Source of the DNA: an uncultured Erysipelotrichaceae bacterium
GTDB taxonomy: Bacteria > Bacillota_I > Bacilli_A > RFN20 > CAG-826
Direction: 5' to 3'
DNA length: 64,000 bases
Assembly: GCA_900314585.1 (NCBI GenBank)
Contig: OMVV01000004.1
Coordinates: forward strand, 34,166 to 98,165
Positions 62,211 to 64,000 of this stretch are shown piece after piece. The stretch's first letter is position 1. Each line of letters begins with the position of its first letter. The notes under the pieces are model-generated. The model had not been told where the DNA came from. It made no database searches and saw only the letters and a list, made by a program, of their open reading frames with translations. Position numbers and translations under genes: made by a program.

Positions 62211-64000
62211 CTAATTGTTTTCGTCTTCTACTTTAGGCTCATCAGGAATAAAGGTTGATTGTTCAATCGTCCCCATTTGTTGTTCTTGTTTGCCTTTAAT
62301 AAGAACTTTTGAGCCACGAGCGTCTCCACCACGAGCAACATAACCATCTTGAATAAGTTTGTTAAACAAACGGCCTGCTTTTGGGAAGCCGACACCATAA
62401 GTTCTTTGAATGTATGATATTGAACAATATTCGCGATCGACGATGCTTTCTTTAATTAATTCGTAAAGTTGTTCTTCAGCCATATCCTTATCGATAACAC
62501 CAACATCTGGATCTCCATTATTTGCTGGAGCATCATTATGTTCTTCTAAATCCATAAATTCTGGATCATATTGTTCTGGATAATGATTTCTTAAGAAATC
62601 ACAAACACGGTTAATTTCTGGAACATCGACAAAACAGCCTTGGACACGTGGTTTAATTGAGCGAGATATAAGTGGGCAATCAACGATCATATCACCGTTT
62701 CCAGCCAATGTTTCAGCGCCAGCTTGGTTAATAATGGAAATTGAGTCAACTTGAGAGGCAACCGCTAAGGCAACACGAACCGAGACGTTAGCTTTAATAA
62801 CGCCATCGATAACATTGACGCTTGGACGTTGAGTTGCGATGACTAAATGAATACCAGCTGCACGAGCTTTTTGAGCGATTCTAACAACTGGCCCTTTAAT
62901 ATCTTTAACTTCTTCAACTAAGTCAGCGTATTCATCAATGAATACGACGATATATGGAAGAGGTTGTAAGTTAGCAGTTTTCGCAAATTCGTTAAAGCCT
63001 TTAATATCACGAACTCTATTTGCCGCAAATAAGTTATAACGACGTTCCATTTCATCAACGAGTTTCTTCATTGCCACATAGGCTTTGTTAGATTGCGAAA
63101 TATTTGGACAAAGTAAATGTGGAATTTTCTCGTAATAGGCCATTTCAACTTTCTTTGGGTCAATCAAAACAATTTTCAATTCATCAGGCTTGTTTCTCAT
63201 AATCAATGAGAGAATGAGTGAGTGCATGAAAATTGTTTTACCAGAACCGGTTGTACCAGCGACGAGCATGTGTGGGAAGTCAGAAAGATTTGCACTTAAA
63301 AGTTCGCCAGTAATATTTTTACCAAATGGAATATAGCGTAAATACTTTGGTCCAGTTGGAAGTTTTTCAATCGATTCACGAAGTCCAACATTTGTGCGAA
63401 CGGCATTTTGGATTTCTAAACCAGATGTTGCTTTTCCATAAACGATCTTCTCAAAACGGATTGGAACGCCATTTAAACGGATTGATATGTCTTCGACATA
63501 TCTTGCAACTGTATTGATCGAAACATCGCTATTGGTTTGAACATCGTATCTAGTGACACACGGGCCAACGGTTGAACCAACAACTTTCGCTCCAATATGG
63601 AGTTGATCAAAAATCAGATTGATATTATCAATTGTAGCTTGAGTTGATGCAGCGTTTTTCTCAGCATCATCGCTACCTTCATGGTAATCAAGTAAATCTA
63701 AAGGTGGGTAAATGTAGTTTTTAATTGGATGAGCTTTTGGTTGTCCACGATGAAGTTTATCAACTTCCTCTGCTGGTTCTTCTTCCTTGATAGGCTCTTC
63801 CGTATTTTCTTCCGCCATTAATGGAGAAGTAGTTACTTCTGGAGTAACACTTTCAACTGGAGCTTCATTCTCTTCTTGAAAGTCTGGAACGATTTCTTCG
63901 TTATCGTCATTAACTCCATCTAAAGAGATATCTTCATGATCATATTCATCTTCATCATTAAATGATGGAGCGGAGAATCCTTCTTCTTCAACTTCTGGAG
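62211..64000 (-). CDS. ftsK: DNA translocase FtsK/SpoIIIE (linker, motor and gamma domains; 5' end outside window)
   Basis: Walker A VAGTTGSGKT, Walker B VVFIDEYADL, ATQRPS, winged-helix gamma domain (YIQRTYGVGFPKAGRL). The frame stays open upstream of the track's Met to the window edge, through an acidic linker. Confidence 0.9.
   Translation of the reverse strand, partial: PEVEEEGFSAPSFNDEDEYDHEDISLDGVNDDNEEIVPDFQEENEAPVESVTPEVTTSPLMAEENTEEPIKEEEPAEEVDKLHRGQPKAHPIKNYIYPPLDLLDYHEGSDDAEKNAASTQATIDNINLIFDQLHIGAKVVGSTVGPCVTRYDVQTNSDVSINTVARYVEDISIRLNGVPIRFEKIVYGKATSGLEIQNAVRTNVGLRESIEKLPTGPKYLRYIPFGKNITGELLSANLSDFPHMLVAGTTGSGKTIFMHSLILSLIMRNKPDELKIVLIDPKKVEMAYYEKIPHLLCPNISQSNKAYVAMKKLVDEMERRYNLFAANRVRDIKGFNEFAKTANLQPLPYIVVFIDEYADLVEEVKDIKGPVVRIAQKARAAGIHLVIATQRPSVNVIDGVIKANVSVRVALAVASQVDSISIINQAGAETLAGNGDMIVDCPLISRSIKPRVQGCFVDVPEINRVCDFLRNHYPEQYDPEFMDLEEHNDAPANNGDPDVGVIDKDMAEEQLYELIKESIVDREYCSISYIQRTYGVGFPKAGRLFNKLIQDGYVARGGDARGSKVLIKGKQEQQMGTIEQSTFIPDEPKVEDENN

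Noticed and set aside
1-64000. CRISPR arrays, tRNA/rRNA genes, IS elements, toxin-antitoxin or restriction-modification modules, TGA-as-Trp recoding
   Set aside because: I found no regularly spaced repeats, no tRNA-like T-arm motifs in the few non-coding gaps, and no transposase, integrase or methylase motifs. All long genes read through without in-frame TGA, and TGA is used as a stop (for example at the end of nadD/yqeK).

Overview
AT-rich, very gene-dense chromosomal window. I saw no rRNA, tRNA, CRISPR, transposase or phage genes. The organism looks Bacillota-derived, probably Mollicutes- or Erysipelotrichia-like, and uses the standard code (TGA is a stop, Trp = TGG). Most genes are housekeeping and syntenic with Bacillus-type blocks: plsY-parE-parC, yqeG-yqeH-nadD/yqeK-rsfS, asp23-nusB-xseA-xseB-dxs, and rplU-prp-rpmA-obg ... 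ruvAB-secDF-recJ-relA-hisS-aspS. Five things stand out. (1) A four-gene lipoprotein island (31.7-36.9 kb) sits between recJ and relA. It is built from shared modules plus a common Cys-proximal Lys tract, and its last gene ends 9 nt before relA. (2) A 28-bp dif-like Xer site (13875-13902) lies exactly where the coding strand flips, so this is a probable replication terminus. Same-orientation arrays of an 11-12-bp-phased CTACTAA repeat lie about 8.7 kb to its left, 0.1 kb to its right and 8.3 kb to its right. (3) A 25-codon Tyr/Phe-rich leader ORF with mutually exclusive terminator/antiterminator pairings precedes a COG2984-type ABC importer. That importer's ATPase carries a ~95-aa charged insertion between the signature motif and Walker B. 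(4) A near-consensus CRP-type box lies between a Crp/Fnr gene and a divergent ABC operon that has no ATPase gene. (5) There is a T-box leader on alaS and several small genes missing from the ORF track (rpmG, the candidate leader peptide); a radC-coupled membrane peptide and a mini OB-fold protein also stand out among the small ORFs. All functional calls are by-eye motif, homology and synteny recognition. No database search or folding program was run.
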